A stretch of 64,000 nt of DNA from Eledone cirrhosa (lineage: Eukaryota). The notes under the pieces were generated by a model. That model was not told the DNA's origin. It saw nothing but the letters and a program-made list of their open reading frames with translations, and did no database searches. Position numbers and translations under genes: made by a program. The stretch lies in contig OZ024742.1 in the NCBI GenBank assembly GCA_964016885.1, positions 228,718,001 through 228,782,000 of the forward strand. The letters are read 5' to 3'. Shown in pieces: positions 13,560 through 26,164 of the stretch; the stretch's first letter is position 1; every line of letters starts with the position of its first letter.

Positions 13560-14004
13560 TCCCTTCGCGTGGGCTATTAGTGTAAGTATGTACGTTCGTG
13601 TGTTTCGTAATCCGTGAAAAGAGAAATCTACATATTTGACATACAAATGATACGAACTTACACCGACATATTTCGTCTTGTGGTTTATTTAAATCAATAC
13701 AACGACGTTTATCCTCTACAAAACGATGACCATTGCACCCACAACATTTTGTATGGTCCAGTAACTCCTGGTAGAGTCGTAGGGGCGCCGTATTGACATG
13801 CAGCATTTCTTGCGTATTTTAAACCTGGCGGAGCCCATCCCTCTCCAGGCCTGAGTACTGCAGATATCTTCCAGAGAGAGGAAAAATCGACACCAGTATT
13901 AGACTGGTACTTTTTTTTTATCGACCTCGAAAGGATGAAAGGCAAAGTTGATCTTGGCGGGATTTGAACTCAGAGAGCAGCGAGCCGGAACGAATACCAT
14001 GAAA

Positions 14005-14198
14005 CAGGCATGTCAAACTGAGGGTTCGCCGAGGGTCACATGGTATGTGTTGTGTGATGGCCACACACGACAACTATTTGCGCACATTACAACAAATCTT
14101 TTTATTTTATATTACAAAGATAAAACATGTTCGCACTGTAAAAAACTCTGTGCGGGCCGCAGGTGTACTTGTAAAGGGCCACATGTTTGACATGACTT
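14005..14198. mobile_element. hAT/Charlie-like MITE nested in a minus-strand SINE (13880-14250)
   Basis: TIRs CAGGCATGTCAAAC (14005-14018) / GTTTGACATGACTT (14185-14198), imperfect flanking duplication ccatgaaa/ccataatg, and SINE sequence resuming on both sides. Confidence 0.75.
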
Positions 14199-14671
14199 CC
14201 ATAATGTATTCTATCCGACGTTCTAACAACTCTGTCAATACGCCGCCTACACACAACTTAATTAAGCAAAACATTTATTAAGCAAAATTAATAAGTAGAC
14301 GCATGGTGGAAGCAGCCAAGCTTAGCACTTTTGATGAGACTTGAACCTGTATCGATTTTCGAATATAGAGTTTTTTTTATTGGCTTTCTAAAACTCCATG
14401 CCCTACATTTTGTGTAGTGGGTGTGTAGTGAATCGCTTACAAATATCAGACAAAACGTTTTTCGTGACAGAAGAATGATAAAAAAAATCATAACAATATA
14501 TTTGTTTTTGCAATGTATTTACTTGAATAATTATGTATGATAATTATATTTGTTGCCATTATTGTCGGCTCAAGTACAGTGTGGTATGTGTTTGGGTTGA
14601 AACTATAAACGAGAAATTATGCTTACAGACGCTCATAAAATTGAGCGCACACACACACACACACATACGTG

Positions 14672-14997
14672 ATGATGGCTGCAACTCGATTTCGAGTAAT
14701 GCCATCGCTTGATACTTAAGCATGAACATCAAGCACGTGGCTTTTTAGTCCTGCTGAGGACTTGCCCGCAATGCCATACATCGCAAACAATTTCACATAT
14801 CAAGCGATGCCTGTGCTTGATCTTTTTTAAGTGAGGAAATGCTTTGCACGGGGCCAGTCCTACTCTCTCAACATCGAATACATTAACCCAAAAAGTTGAA
14901 CTGGTCTACATCATTGGATGCAAACGAAGTCAGAAATTTTATATCAGAGTGACCTTATAGAGAGATGTCTTAATGAAGACTAGGAGACCCTCGCTCC
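14672..14997 (-). mobile_element. Older diverged relative of the adjacent 15017-15611 element
   Basis: Shared blocks ggctgcaactcg.tttcgagta, gctttttagtcc, aagc.atgcctgtgc, gccagtcc.actctc and tatatcagagt. Confidence 0.6.
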
Positions 14998-15016
14998 ACA
15001 TACATACATACACACA

Positions 15017-15611
15017 TGGTGGCTGCCAACTCGTTTTCGAGTACGGCCACTACTTTATATCCATGTAGGAGAACCCCCACCGATGCGCTGAACGAGTGTG
15101 ACTTTTTAGTCCAGCCAGCGACTTGAAAACTCTGGTACAAACACTACACTTGTGACAATTATTGACACATAGTGCTGGGCCCATGGTACCATGTGACTAC
15201 AAGTGCAGAGAGTATAAAGCAATGCCTGTGCCGTGAAGCTTTTATAGTGAGCAAAGGCACTGCACAAAGCCAGTCCCACTCTCTTAACCAAGATGATATT
15301 TACCAAAAAGAAGAACAAGTCAACATCATTAGATACCATCAGAGTTGCAGGTGTTATATCAGAGTTTTCCTTCTCCTAGAATTCTGCCTTGACAAAGGCT
15401 AAGGGGTCATCTCTCCCGGTGATTTTGGATGGCCATTGACTCTTAAGAGCTCCTTTGCTCTTTGACAGGTTTTGTTTTTAGTCCTGCAGGATGTCCAAAG
15501 TCACCCTCCTCACCAAGAAACCTTGGTGAGGTTGCCAGTTTAGTCGCCAACGACCCAACCATGAGACAGGTTGTACTGGGATACATGTTACCAGTAGCAC
15601 CAAATGGTGAC
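15017..15611 (-). mobile_element. ~595-bp non-autonomous RTE-derived element (5'UTR-like part plus 3' end with C2H2 finger); second copy at 62432-63032
   Basis: Two highly similar copies 47 kb apart. Minus strand 15148-15083 reads [22 protein letters not shown]. Confidence 0.7.
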
Positions 15612-16064
15612 ATACACACATACACACATACGTACATACTCACACACACAAACACACATAAAGTTATGTAACTTAGTGTGCAAAGTATTAGACTTACCAC
15701 TATAATGTCGTGGGTTTGATTCCTGGACCAGGTAGGGTGCTGTGTTCTTGAGCAAAACACTTCACGTTGCTCCAATACACTAAGCAGAAAATTAGTACCA
15801 GCAGTAGTGAGGATTTAACCCTATGATTGACCAGCATCCTATTTAGAGGGAAGTCTTTTACTCCCAGCCTTTTAACGCTGATGGAAAATGAAACCTAGGT
15901 TAAGAACAGGCCTGGTTAGCCTGATGGCTTGGAACATACTTTAACCTTTCTCATATATAGTAGGTAGTTCAGTGAATTATTGGTGTTGGTACCAAATCAA
16001 GCACTATATGCACAGGCAGAGTGTATGTAATAGAAAAAAGCGAGGTAGTTTCGTTTACATATAC

Positions 16065-16117
<53 letters not shown>

Positions 16118-16554
16118 GAATAATAAACATTAATGTCTTTTGTCGAGACGAGGCAAGAGTATTAAAATTCATAGAAAAATGAGAAAAACTCATCGCTAGA
16201 ACAGATGTTAAAACAGCCAAATGCTGTCAAAGACGGCTCAGACACCAGCGGCCAGCGACAGGAAGAGAGTCAATCTACGAGGTGGGCGACAGGCAAGTAA
16301 AGATTGAAACAGGAGTAGGGCAATGTAAAGCGTATAGATGCATAGAAGTCACTGGAAGAAGAAAATAAAAAAAACTTAATGTGAACACTGAACACTGAAT
16401 ATTGAACATTACGGTCTGAGTTCAAATCCCGTCGAGGTTAACTTTGCCTTTCATCTTACGGGGTCGATAAAATAAAATACCAGTAATGTACTGAGTAATT
16501 GCTGGCCTTGTGCCAAAAGTAGAAACAATTATTTTTGCATAAGAAAGGATTTAG

Positions 16555-16870
16555 TGGCAGTTGGGTATGTTTTACGGTTTTCGGCAACGATCTGTAAAAC
16601 AAATTGTTTCTCAGTTTCATCTTTTGTGAGAATGTTTTTGTAATCCTGAATGAGTTTGACACCTCTTTCTGCAACAACTGTCTTCTCAAGTTTTTCAAGT
16701 CCACTTTTGTAACCAGGATCATCCTTCCATGTTGAAGGGTCATTGTCGAGTAAATCAGTGCTGATAGAAAATCTCGTGAAGAAACGTTTCGTACCAGTGT
16801 AAAGGAAGAAAAGTCATAATGCAGAACGTACCTCTTCAGTTCATTTTTTCACTTTTGTCTGCTTAGAGCA
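16555..16870 (-). pseudogene. DNA transposase C-terminal fragment (Sola2/hAT-like AERGVKLI motif)
   Basis: Minus strand reads TKRFFTRFSISTDLLDNDPSTWKDDPGYKSGLEKLEKTVVAERGVKLIQDYKNILTKDETEKQFVLQIVAENRK. Superfamily assignment is from recall. Confidence 0.65.
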
Positions 16871-16904
16871 TAACTTGAGCAATATTTACCCTAACATCTT
16901 GCTC

Positions 16905-17790
16905 TCTTTGCATTCCTTTTCTCATTGCTTTCCTTGCTCTCCTTTTCTCATTGCTCTGCTTTTCTCCTTGCTCCCGTTGCTCTCCTTTTATCCTTTCCCC
17001 CTTGCTCTCCCTGCTCTCCTTTTATCCTTGCTCCCCTTGCTCTCCTTTTATCCTTCCTCTCCTTGCTGCCATTTTCTCTTTCCTATCCTTGCTCTTCTTT
17101 TCTCATTGCTCGCCATTCTCTCCTTGCTCTCCTTTTATCCTTGCTCCCCTTGCTCCCCCTTCCCTTTCCTCTCCTTGCTCTCCCTTTCACCTTCCCCTCC
17201 TTGCGCTCCTTTTATTCTTGGTCTCCTTGCTCTTCTTTTCTCCTTGCTCTCATTTTCTCATTGCTCTCATTGATCTCCCTTTGTCCTTGCTCTCCTTGCT
17301 CTCCGTTTCTCATTGCACTCCTTGCTCTCCTTTTCCCCTTGCTCCCCCTTTCTCCTTGCTCTCCTTGCTCTTCTTTTCTCCTTGTTCTCCTTTTCTCATT
17401 GCTCTCATTGGTCTCCTTTTTCCTTGCTCTCCTTGCTCTCTTTCCCCCTTCCTCTCCTTGCTCCCCCTTTCTCTTTCCTCTCCTTGCCCTCCTTGCACTC
17501 CTTTCCTCATTGGTCTCCTTTTCTCTTCCTCTCATTGCTCTCCTTGCTCTCCCTTTTTCATTGCTCTCCTTGGTCTCCTTTCTCATTGCTCTCCTTGCAC
17601 TCCTTCCTCTCATTGCTCTCCTTTCCTCATTGGTCTCCTTTTCTCTTTCCTCTCCTTGCTCTTCTTTTCTCCTTGTTCTCCCTTTATCCTTGCTCCCCTT
17701 TTCTCTTTCCTCTCCTTGCTCTCCTTTTCTGCATCCTCTCCTTGCTCCTCTTTTATCATTGCTCTCCTTGCGCCCCTTTCTCATTGTATC
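16905..17790. repeat. Polypyrimidine-rich tandem repeat built from CTCCTTGCT and TTTTCTCATTGCT modules
   Basis: Direct reading; overlapping Leu/Ser/Pro ORFs are by-products. Confidence 0.9.
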
Positions 17791-17869
17791 TATGTACTTG
17801 TTTATTTACAAATACAATGAGAAAAGGGGAGCAAGGAGAAATATGAAAGCAAGGATAGTAAGGAGAGTA

Positions 17870-17909
<40 letters not shown>

Positions 17910-18027
17910 CTTGATCACCTTGACCGACCTGTCTGTCGGGCGCCAGTCGGCGCCGCTGGTCACAGCGCGTCATGCTGTTTTAGCCATAAGATAACGCCAT
18001 CCCACTGGCTGGGCGGGCAGGTAAACT

Positions 18028-18147
18028 GGAGCAACGTGAAATAAAGTGTCTTGTTCAAGGAAACAACACATCACCCGGTCCGAGAATTGAACTCACAACC
18101 TTTCGATTGCAAGCCCAATGCTCTAACCACTAAGCCATGCGCTTTCA
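18028..18147 (-). mobile_element. tRNA-derived SINE family 2 head (others at 3300-3405, 10338-10442, 15668-15850, 36549-36665, 59812-60002)
   Basis: Reverse reads gaaagcgcatggcttagtggttagagc...gagttcaattctc...ccttgaacaagacactttatttcacgttgctcc. Confidence 0.8.
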
Positions 18148-18251
<104 letters not shown>

Positions 18252-18302
18252 TTGATTATTGTAATCTCTATATAATCTCTCTCTCTCTCTCTATATATAT
18301 AT

Positions 18303-18720
18303 ATAAATGTAAGTATGTATGTATACGTACATACATATATGTATACAGACGTACAGTAGTATGTATATATATACATACATGCACACATATATATATATGC
18401 ACGTATCGGTTTACCGAACATTTATTATAATGCTCGGTTTGTTTGTTTGTAAACAAACAAACAGCCCGAATTACGCCGTACAGTGTTTTTGTTCAACACT
18501 GACACAGGAACGATGTACTAGTTTCAAGCTTATTAGCTATCGTCAGCATCGTATACCTTCCTTCTAGATGGTTGAACGTCTGAAAATATATACTTTCGTT
18601 ATGTATATTAACAGCTGAGCAGCCTAATTTGTATATCGAGTGAGTTCAGTCGGTCGGGCACACTGAAAACGATAAATGGAATAGAATGAAACGAAATTTC
18701 ATTTCTCACTCTTAGTACGG
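18303..18720 (-). mobile_element. ORF-less HHR-bearing element monomer (retrozyme/mini-PLE-like), same family as 40248-40872
   Basis: Colinear with the 431-bp tandem unit at 40.2-40.8 kb and contains an HHR. Confidence 0.75.
18510..18552 (-). ncRNA. Minimal type I hammerhead ribozyme
   Basis: Minus strand: acgatg CTGACGA t agct aata agct t GAAA ctag TA catcgt. 6-bp stem I, stem II and palindromic stem III. Confidence 0.85.
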
Positions 18721-21353
18721 CACTTACCTAAAGAATAGTTTAGGATTATTATTAACAGAAATAGAGAAAGGAGCATTATACCAGATTATATTTTTGTATC
18801 TAGGTCTTTTATTTAAGTTATTGGAATGATCATAATTAATTATTTTACTGTAAAACCTTCTAGGATTGGTTTCTTTACTGTATTTAATTTTATCAGGATA
18901 ACCGGCTTTAGAAAACGCATTATTATAGTAATTGGCGTTAGCAACAAAGATATTTTTAATATATTTTATAAAAATATATTTTATAAAAATACCAATCAAA
19001 TCAGTCAATTGCGATGAATCGGAAGCACCCATTGTGATATCAAAGTTGTTGGAGGTATCAGCTCTAGTCCAGTATTCATTGTTGAATTCTAAGATGGTTT
19101 TTCTTGCGGCGAGAATGATGTGAAGTTCATCTGTGGTGATGTCAGAATATTTAAATGCGAAAGGTAGAGCATTGTTGAGAAGTGAAGGCGAAATAGAAGA
19201 ATAGTAGCTGGCAATATCAAATTGAATACATTTTTGTTTGTTTTTCTTATTCAGGTTGTTGAACCAGCCAATTACTTCTGATGTACCAAACCATAAATTT
19301 AAGTTAGAAATAGAGCAATTGGAACAAACCTGTGGGATAGTTCTATCCAAGATGGCTTTACTAACAACCCCCAGATCTGATTTAGAGGGGGCGATTAGTC
19401 TAACAGGTAGCTCCGTTCGAAAATTACTTTTATGATCCTTGAGATTTATCCTCGGAGTTCTTGGGAGGAAATTCGTTGAATGTTCATAATACCAATCTAA
19501 ATCAGGAAACTATTATTCCTATCGTAAATAACTTCTCTAATCCAATTCCTCCTATAAATAACACTAGGTCACTTGTTAATAACTCTGTTAATTTCTCTAA
19601 TCGCAATTGTAATTGCCCTGTTAAAACTAAATGTCCTCTCAATAACCATTGTCTTGAAAAATCTTAGTCTATGAATGTAAGGTTATAACTGATACCAATT
19701 CCTTTACCTATTTTGGTTCCACCTCCACCTCCTTCAAAGCGAGATTTTATAATCACAATTCGTCTTTTAGATACCAAATTAAAAGAACTAACACGGCACT
19801 CTCAGAAAAATTTTAACTATAATATGGAGGAAGGTTTGTTCTGCCTCTCCCTACTTGAATGCCTCCCTATCCAGAACGTGTAATCTTTGCCTATCTGAGA
19901 AATTTACCATTATATCTAATTTAGATTCTATAATAAATAGACGCACTGATTTATTTTCTCTCTGCTTGCATACATTCCACAGAACATTCCATAAAGTATA
20001 CAGCTAATATCTAATACTTTACTAGTTTAAAATCCTTTTTCTCAAAGGCTTATATATTTTCTTTAAAAATATACCCATCTTTCTACCTCATTTCAATATT
20101 ATTTATTATATATTATATAATACAAGTTAGTCATTCTATATCATTCCTCTTTATCACTTTCCTTTCTTCCTCTTTTCTTTTTTCTTTTTAATTTCTAACC
20201 TCTAATCTGTACTTTTTCTTCCTAACTACTTCTCAATTCTTATTATTACTCACCACAACATATCCACTCTTCCATCTTTCTTCATATCATTTGCCATAAA
20301 AATTATTATTATCTTTTAAATACATTATAGTATTACCTTTAATAGTCCTTCGTAAACATAAACATTTTTTGACGTTAGATTTTCTTCCTTAAGTTCCTTA
20401 TCTCTTCCTATCATGCTCGTTTGACTTTTACATATTACATATTACAATACATAAAAACAAACTTAAACCCTAACTAATTTCCTTTAATATATTATATTAT
20501 TACCATTAGACAATATTTCGTAAACATATATTTTGATGTTAGATATTTTCTTCCTTAAACATTCTTTTCTTCTTTGCTTTCTGCGTTCATTTTTAAACAA
20601 ACTATTTACATATATTACGCACGCATATTACATTACATAAAACAAACTTAAACACTAACTATTTCCTCTAAATTCATAACTCATCCACTCTTCTACTTCT
20701 TTTCACATTATATCCTTAATATCCTTAATATTTTTATTTTAATAATACATATTAACAATTTCTTTTCCTCGCACATATTATTAAACCCTTCAATATACAA
20801 ACCTTAATTTAATATTATTCTTAACCCCTTTTTCTCTTCATCAACTTTTAATTTCAAATTCTTTTAAATTATCTATTATCTTTCAACAGCGTTTTAACTT
20901 CTCTCTGTGAGACAATATATATTTTTCTCAGTTGTAAAGGCTATCTCTCTCTCTCTATCACCCATCTCTCCTCCTCTCTCATCTTCCCTTATTATACTCC
21001 TCCCCCACCATTCTTTACTCTCATCTCCTCCTCTTCCTTACCCTTTCCACCCCCTAACCTTTTCCCAATATCACACATCAATCTTAAATTATTTTTCATA
21101 TGTTGATTTAAAACTTCACTATTCACAAGTGTTTTTTAACCTCCATATCATGTATCCCTATTTTATCTGATGAAAACGCAGATATCATCTCATGATGATA
21201 TTTGTTTTTGAAATGCGCATAATAAAATACTTGGAACTCTTTCAACCATCTTTTGATCTTATATTATGTATACTCTAGTCCTACAAACTGTAGAGTGCTA
21301 CTTATCCGATATTTGCATTGCTTTATTGTGCTTCAATAAAACTCACCTCCTAC
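18721..21353. mobile_element. Penelope-like element (Naiad-like): inverted RT fragment 18721-19472 (-), then GIY-YIG, 3'UTR, HHR and tail 19470-21353 (+)
   Basis: Minus strand reads LKDHKSNF..RLIAPSKSDLGVVSK, FDIASYYSSI and MGASDS, with the catalytic DD region deleted. Plus strand reads CNCPVKTKCPL...YFGST...CNLCLSEK with frameshifts. Ends in (TA)n. Confidence 0.9.
21159..21229 (+). ncRNA. Type I hammerhead ribozyme in the PLE 3' end
   Basis: tattttat CTGATGA aaacgcagatatcatc tcat gatgatatttgttttt GAAA tgcgca TA ataaaata. Confidence 0.88.
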
Positions 21354-21434
<81 letters not shown>

Positions 21435-21455
21435 TATACATATATATATATATAC

Positions 21456-21486
<31 letters not shown>

Positions 21487-21511
21487 CATATATATACATA
21501 TATATATATAC

Positions 21512-21768
<257 letters not shown>

Positions 21769-22099
21769 ACTCAATACCGAGTACTCATTCCTCTCAGCTG
21801 TCAACTTCAAACGGATATATATATATTAGGGTAGCCCTTAGCAATAGGTAATTTTCCGAAAGTTAAAACGTTGCTGCCCCACAGCGAAAAATAGTTGCGC
21901 TTTGTCCCCAGCTTTGCAAGTTGCCTTCCCCAATATATTTATTGTCACTTATCCTTCTAATACCAAGCATAAGTCGGAACAAGTTTTTAATTTAAGAGAA
22001 AATTATATAAGAAATAAAAAGATAAGATATATATATATAATAAGGGCGGTGCCCCAGCATGGCCTCAGCCGGATGGCTGAAACAGGTAAAAGAGGTAAA

Positions 22100-22259
<160 letters not shown>

Positions 22260-22577
22260 GCGATTGATAGAGTCTCTGCCATCTGAGTTAAAAACTCGTT
22301 GAGGACAACTTTGCCTTTCATTTTTTGGGGTTCGATAAAAAAAGAACCAGTCCAGTACGATTCCTCATATACATATTTTACTCTATTCCACTCTGTATCT
22401 CCATCTCTGGAAGAAATCGCCTGTGTTCGAACCTGGGGAGGGGATGGGCTCCGCCAAGTTAAGAAACAACGGCCTCCCTACGGCTCCATCAAGATGTGCG
22501 GCTATCCCCCCCCCCACACACACATGCACACACCACACACACACATGCACGCTCACACACACACACACACACACACA

Positions 22578-22645
<68 letters not shown>

Positions 22646-23950
22646 AACAGAATTTTTATATATCTGAATATTTTCTTTTATCACCAACAAACATACTTCT
22701 GATAATCTATGGTCTGCAATTAGACATAGTCTCAATTATACTTTGTCAACTGATATCTAATTTAGTCTAAATGCTGTTTCTTCTCATGAAAATTATTTAG
22801 AAAAAATGGCTTTGTTAGCCTCTCTCGAGGTTTTAAATCATGTTGTTTAAAATACTTTCATAATTTTTAAGAATTCAAATCTTACCCATTTCTCTAGATA
22901 GTTAATTATTTTTTTACTTCCTAGAAGTAAAAGCTATAAAAATGAACATATTTTGTGATTTATAAAATCCCAAATGTATTATGTAAAACTTAGCTGTCAT
23001 ACATCCTATTTTTTATTCATAGTCTGAGCAGTGAAATTACCATATATAAAGCATTTGTATTAATCTCGTCTGGTTAGAGATAAGCGAGTCATACTTACTG
23101 ATAGTATCAAGTTTTTCAAAGTGGTTAGAACGAGACGAAACCGTATAAAACGTCCGTGATCCCTATCTTTGCATGCAAGGAGGCTGGGGAGAATTAAGAG
23201 GGTGCTGACAGGGCTGTTTCAATGGGCTTCCAATAATTAAAGAGCCCGAAATAAATTTTTTTCTACCGTAAATAATATGGAAAGGCCTCGATGAAAATTT
23301 CAGCTAAGGCTCCATACAAGTTCAATCCGTTCCTGCAAGGAGGAAAAAGTCCCTAACTTTATATTGTGATATATCAAAATAAAAATCCTCAGATTTATGC
23401 AAGTTATCGGTTACTTTTCCATTTTTCATTCAGCATCTGAGCTGTGAAATTTGTTTTTATCAATACGAGTAAAAAATGTATTCAGCACATCTGGTCAGAG
23501 TGAGATAAGAGCAATTTAATTCCTGGAGTTATACACATTAAATATTAATATATTTTGGGATTTATAAAAATCAAGATCTCAGTATTATACAAGAATTATC
23601 TGTCGTACTTCCATTTTATATATACAGTCTGAACTGTGAATTTATTGAATGTTTTCTGTACTTTTTCATCTTCACATATAATGTATTGGTTTTCATCACG
23701 TCTGTCAAGATTGGGTGAGAGCGTAAATACTGATGACAGCAGGAAGAGGTAACAAAAATGTAAAGGGACCGCCATCGTTTTCAACTATGAGTGTTCCAGT
23801 TGTTTGATCAACAGAATAGCCTATTCATGAAATTAACGTGCAAGTGATTGAACGCACCACTGACACATGTACTCCTACCGTAATATTCAGGGAGATTCAG
23901 CGGTTTCTATAGATCTCTGCAGTGATCCCATTAATATTAAACAATATCAT

Positions 23951-24152
23951 GGCGGTGGATTGGCAGTATCGGTAGAGGTTCGGACGCCATGCTTTGACGC
24001 ATAGAGTTACGGCCCTTGCTATTCTGAGTTCAAATCCTGCTGAGGTTAACTTTGCCTAACATCCTTACGGGGTCGATAAAATAAAGTACCAGTAATGCAC
24101 TGGGTAATTGCTGGCCTTGTACCAAAAAGTAGAAACAAGTAGAAACAATTAT
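23951..24152 (+). mobile_element. SINE family 1, near full length
   Basis: ggcggtggattggcagtatcggtag head, B-box and core. Confidence 0.88.
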
Positions 24153-24300
24153 TACCTGTAGCGATTACAACCGCATTACGTATTATGCCTTACACCACCC
24201 TCTCCAGTATATCCTTGACCTTAAACATTCAAGCAATTCTCCCATAATGACGTGATATCTCGCATCGGTAGGCCCAGGTTTCAAATAAACATAATATATA

Positions 24301-24345
<45 letters not shown>

Positions 24346-24348
<3 letters not shown>

Positions 24349-24537
24349 GAAGGAAATGTGGTAAGGAACCAGATGGACCATAACGCACCAAAGTACTCAA
24401 TACTTAGGGTAGTAGAGTGGGTAATAGGAACGAGTAGGACCCCGACGGCTGAACTCAAGCCGTTTCGACGGCTAATTCTGGACCAGAATTAGCCGTCGAA
24501 ACGGCTTGAGCTCAGCCGTCGGGGTCCTACTTGTTCC

Positions 24538-24539
<2 letters not shown>
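24346..24539. mobile_element. Fold-back PLE-terminus family D, copy 1
   Basis: Tail 24346-24424, arms 24425-24481 / 24483-24539, (TA)n flanks and the HHR 3' half GAAA cggct-tgagctc-agccg TC. Confidence 0.85.
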
Positions 24540-24569
<30 letters not shown>

Positions 24570-24631
24570 CACACACACACACTATCAGGCTAAATAATTT
24601 CTTTAATTTCTCTAGTCAAAATACGGCGATA

Positions 24632-25296
<665 letters not shown>

Positions 25297-25301
25297 ATTC
25301 A

Positions 25302-25346
<45 letters not shown>

Positions 25347-25348
<2 letters not shown>

Positions 25349-25530
25349 CGAAGGAAATGTGGTAAGGAACCAGGTGGACCATAACGCACCAAAGTACTCA
25401 ATACTTGAGGTAGTAGAGTGGGTAATAGGAACCAGTAAGACCCCGACAGCTGAGCTCAAGCCGTTTCGACGGCTAATTCTGAATTAGCCGTCGAAACGGC
25501 TTGAGCTCAGCTGTCGGGGTCTTACTGGTT

Positions 25531-25534
<4 letters not shown>
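25347..25534. mobile_element. Fold-back family D, copy 2
   Basis: Same tail and arm end as copy 1; fold centre at 25480. Confidence 0.85.
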
Positions 25535-25581
<47 letters not shown>

Positions 25582-25830
25582 AAATAGGCATAAAGAAATT
25601 GCTCAAGAGAACCAATAACTGAAATCAATATGCCGATTTCTGATGAGGAAATTTCGTAGAGAACTAAATAGAAAAATCTGGAAATTATGATTCTTTTAAA
25701 ATTTCGAAATACACAAGAAATAACACACACATACACGAGTCGATTATATATACGCAGACCAACATTCACACAAAACCTACTTATTATGCTCTAACGAACA
25801 ATTCTCTCCACACACACACACACACACACA

Positions 25831-25905
<75 letters not shown>

Positions 25906-26128
25906 TATATAAAGTCATCAAGTCTGAAATTTGTAGAAATTTCTAGAAAAAACACAATTTTCTACAAATTTCATACTTGACGACCTAATATATATATACT
26001 TGTATATATATATACAAATATATATACATATTTATATATATATGTATGTAAAAGTAAACAGAAATAACAATCGGTACAGTATATCGAAGGTATATATTAG
26101 GTTAACGCTTGAAATAGCAGGAAGAGGG

Positions 26129-26164
26129 TCTTAACGTTTCGGACGCTAGACCTTCACCAGAAGA
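26129..26164 (-). ncRNA. Degenerate minimal HHR (sister copy at 9230-9265)
   Basis: tctt CTGGTGA aggtctagcgtcc GAAA cg TT aaga. The sister reads CTGATAA aggactagcgtgc GAAA. Their consensus restores CTGATGA and the stem GGAC/GTCC. Confidence 0.55.

Noticed and set aside
15525-15600. HDV-like ribozyme (P4 plus CTAA plus ccagt/actgg)
   Set aside because: No P1 partner or proper P3/L3, and the putative P2 is not kept in the relative at ~5430.
16875-17914. Long Leu/Ser/Pro ORFs (up to 329 aa) that look like membrane proteins
   Set aside because: They are open in all frames because the pyrimidine repeat lacks stop codons.
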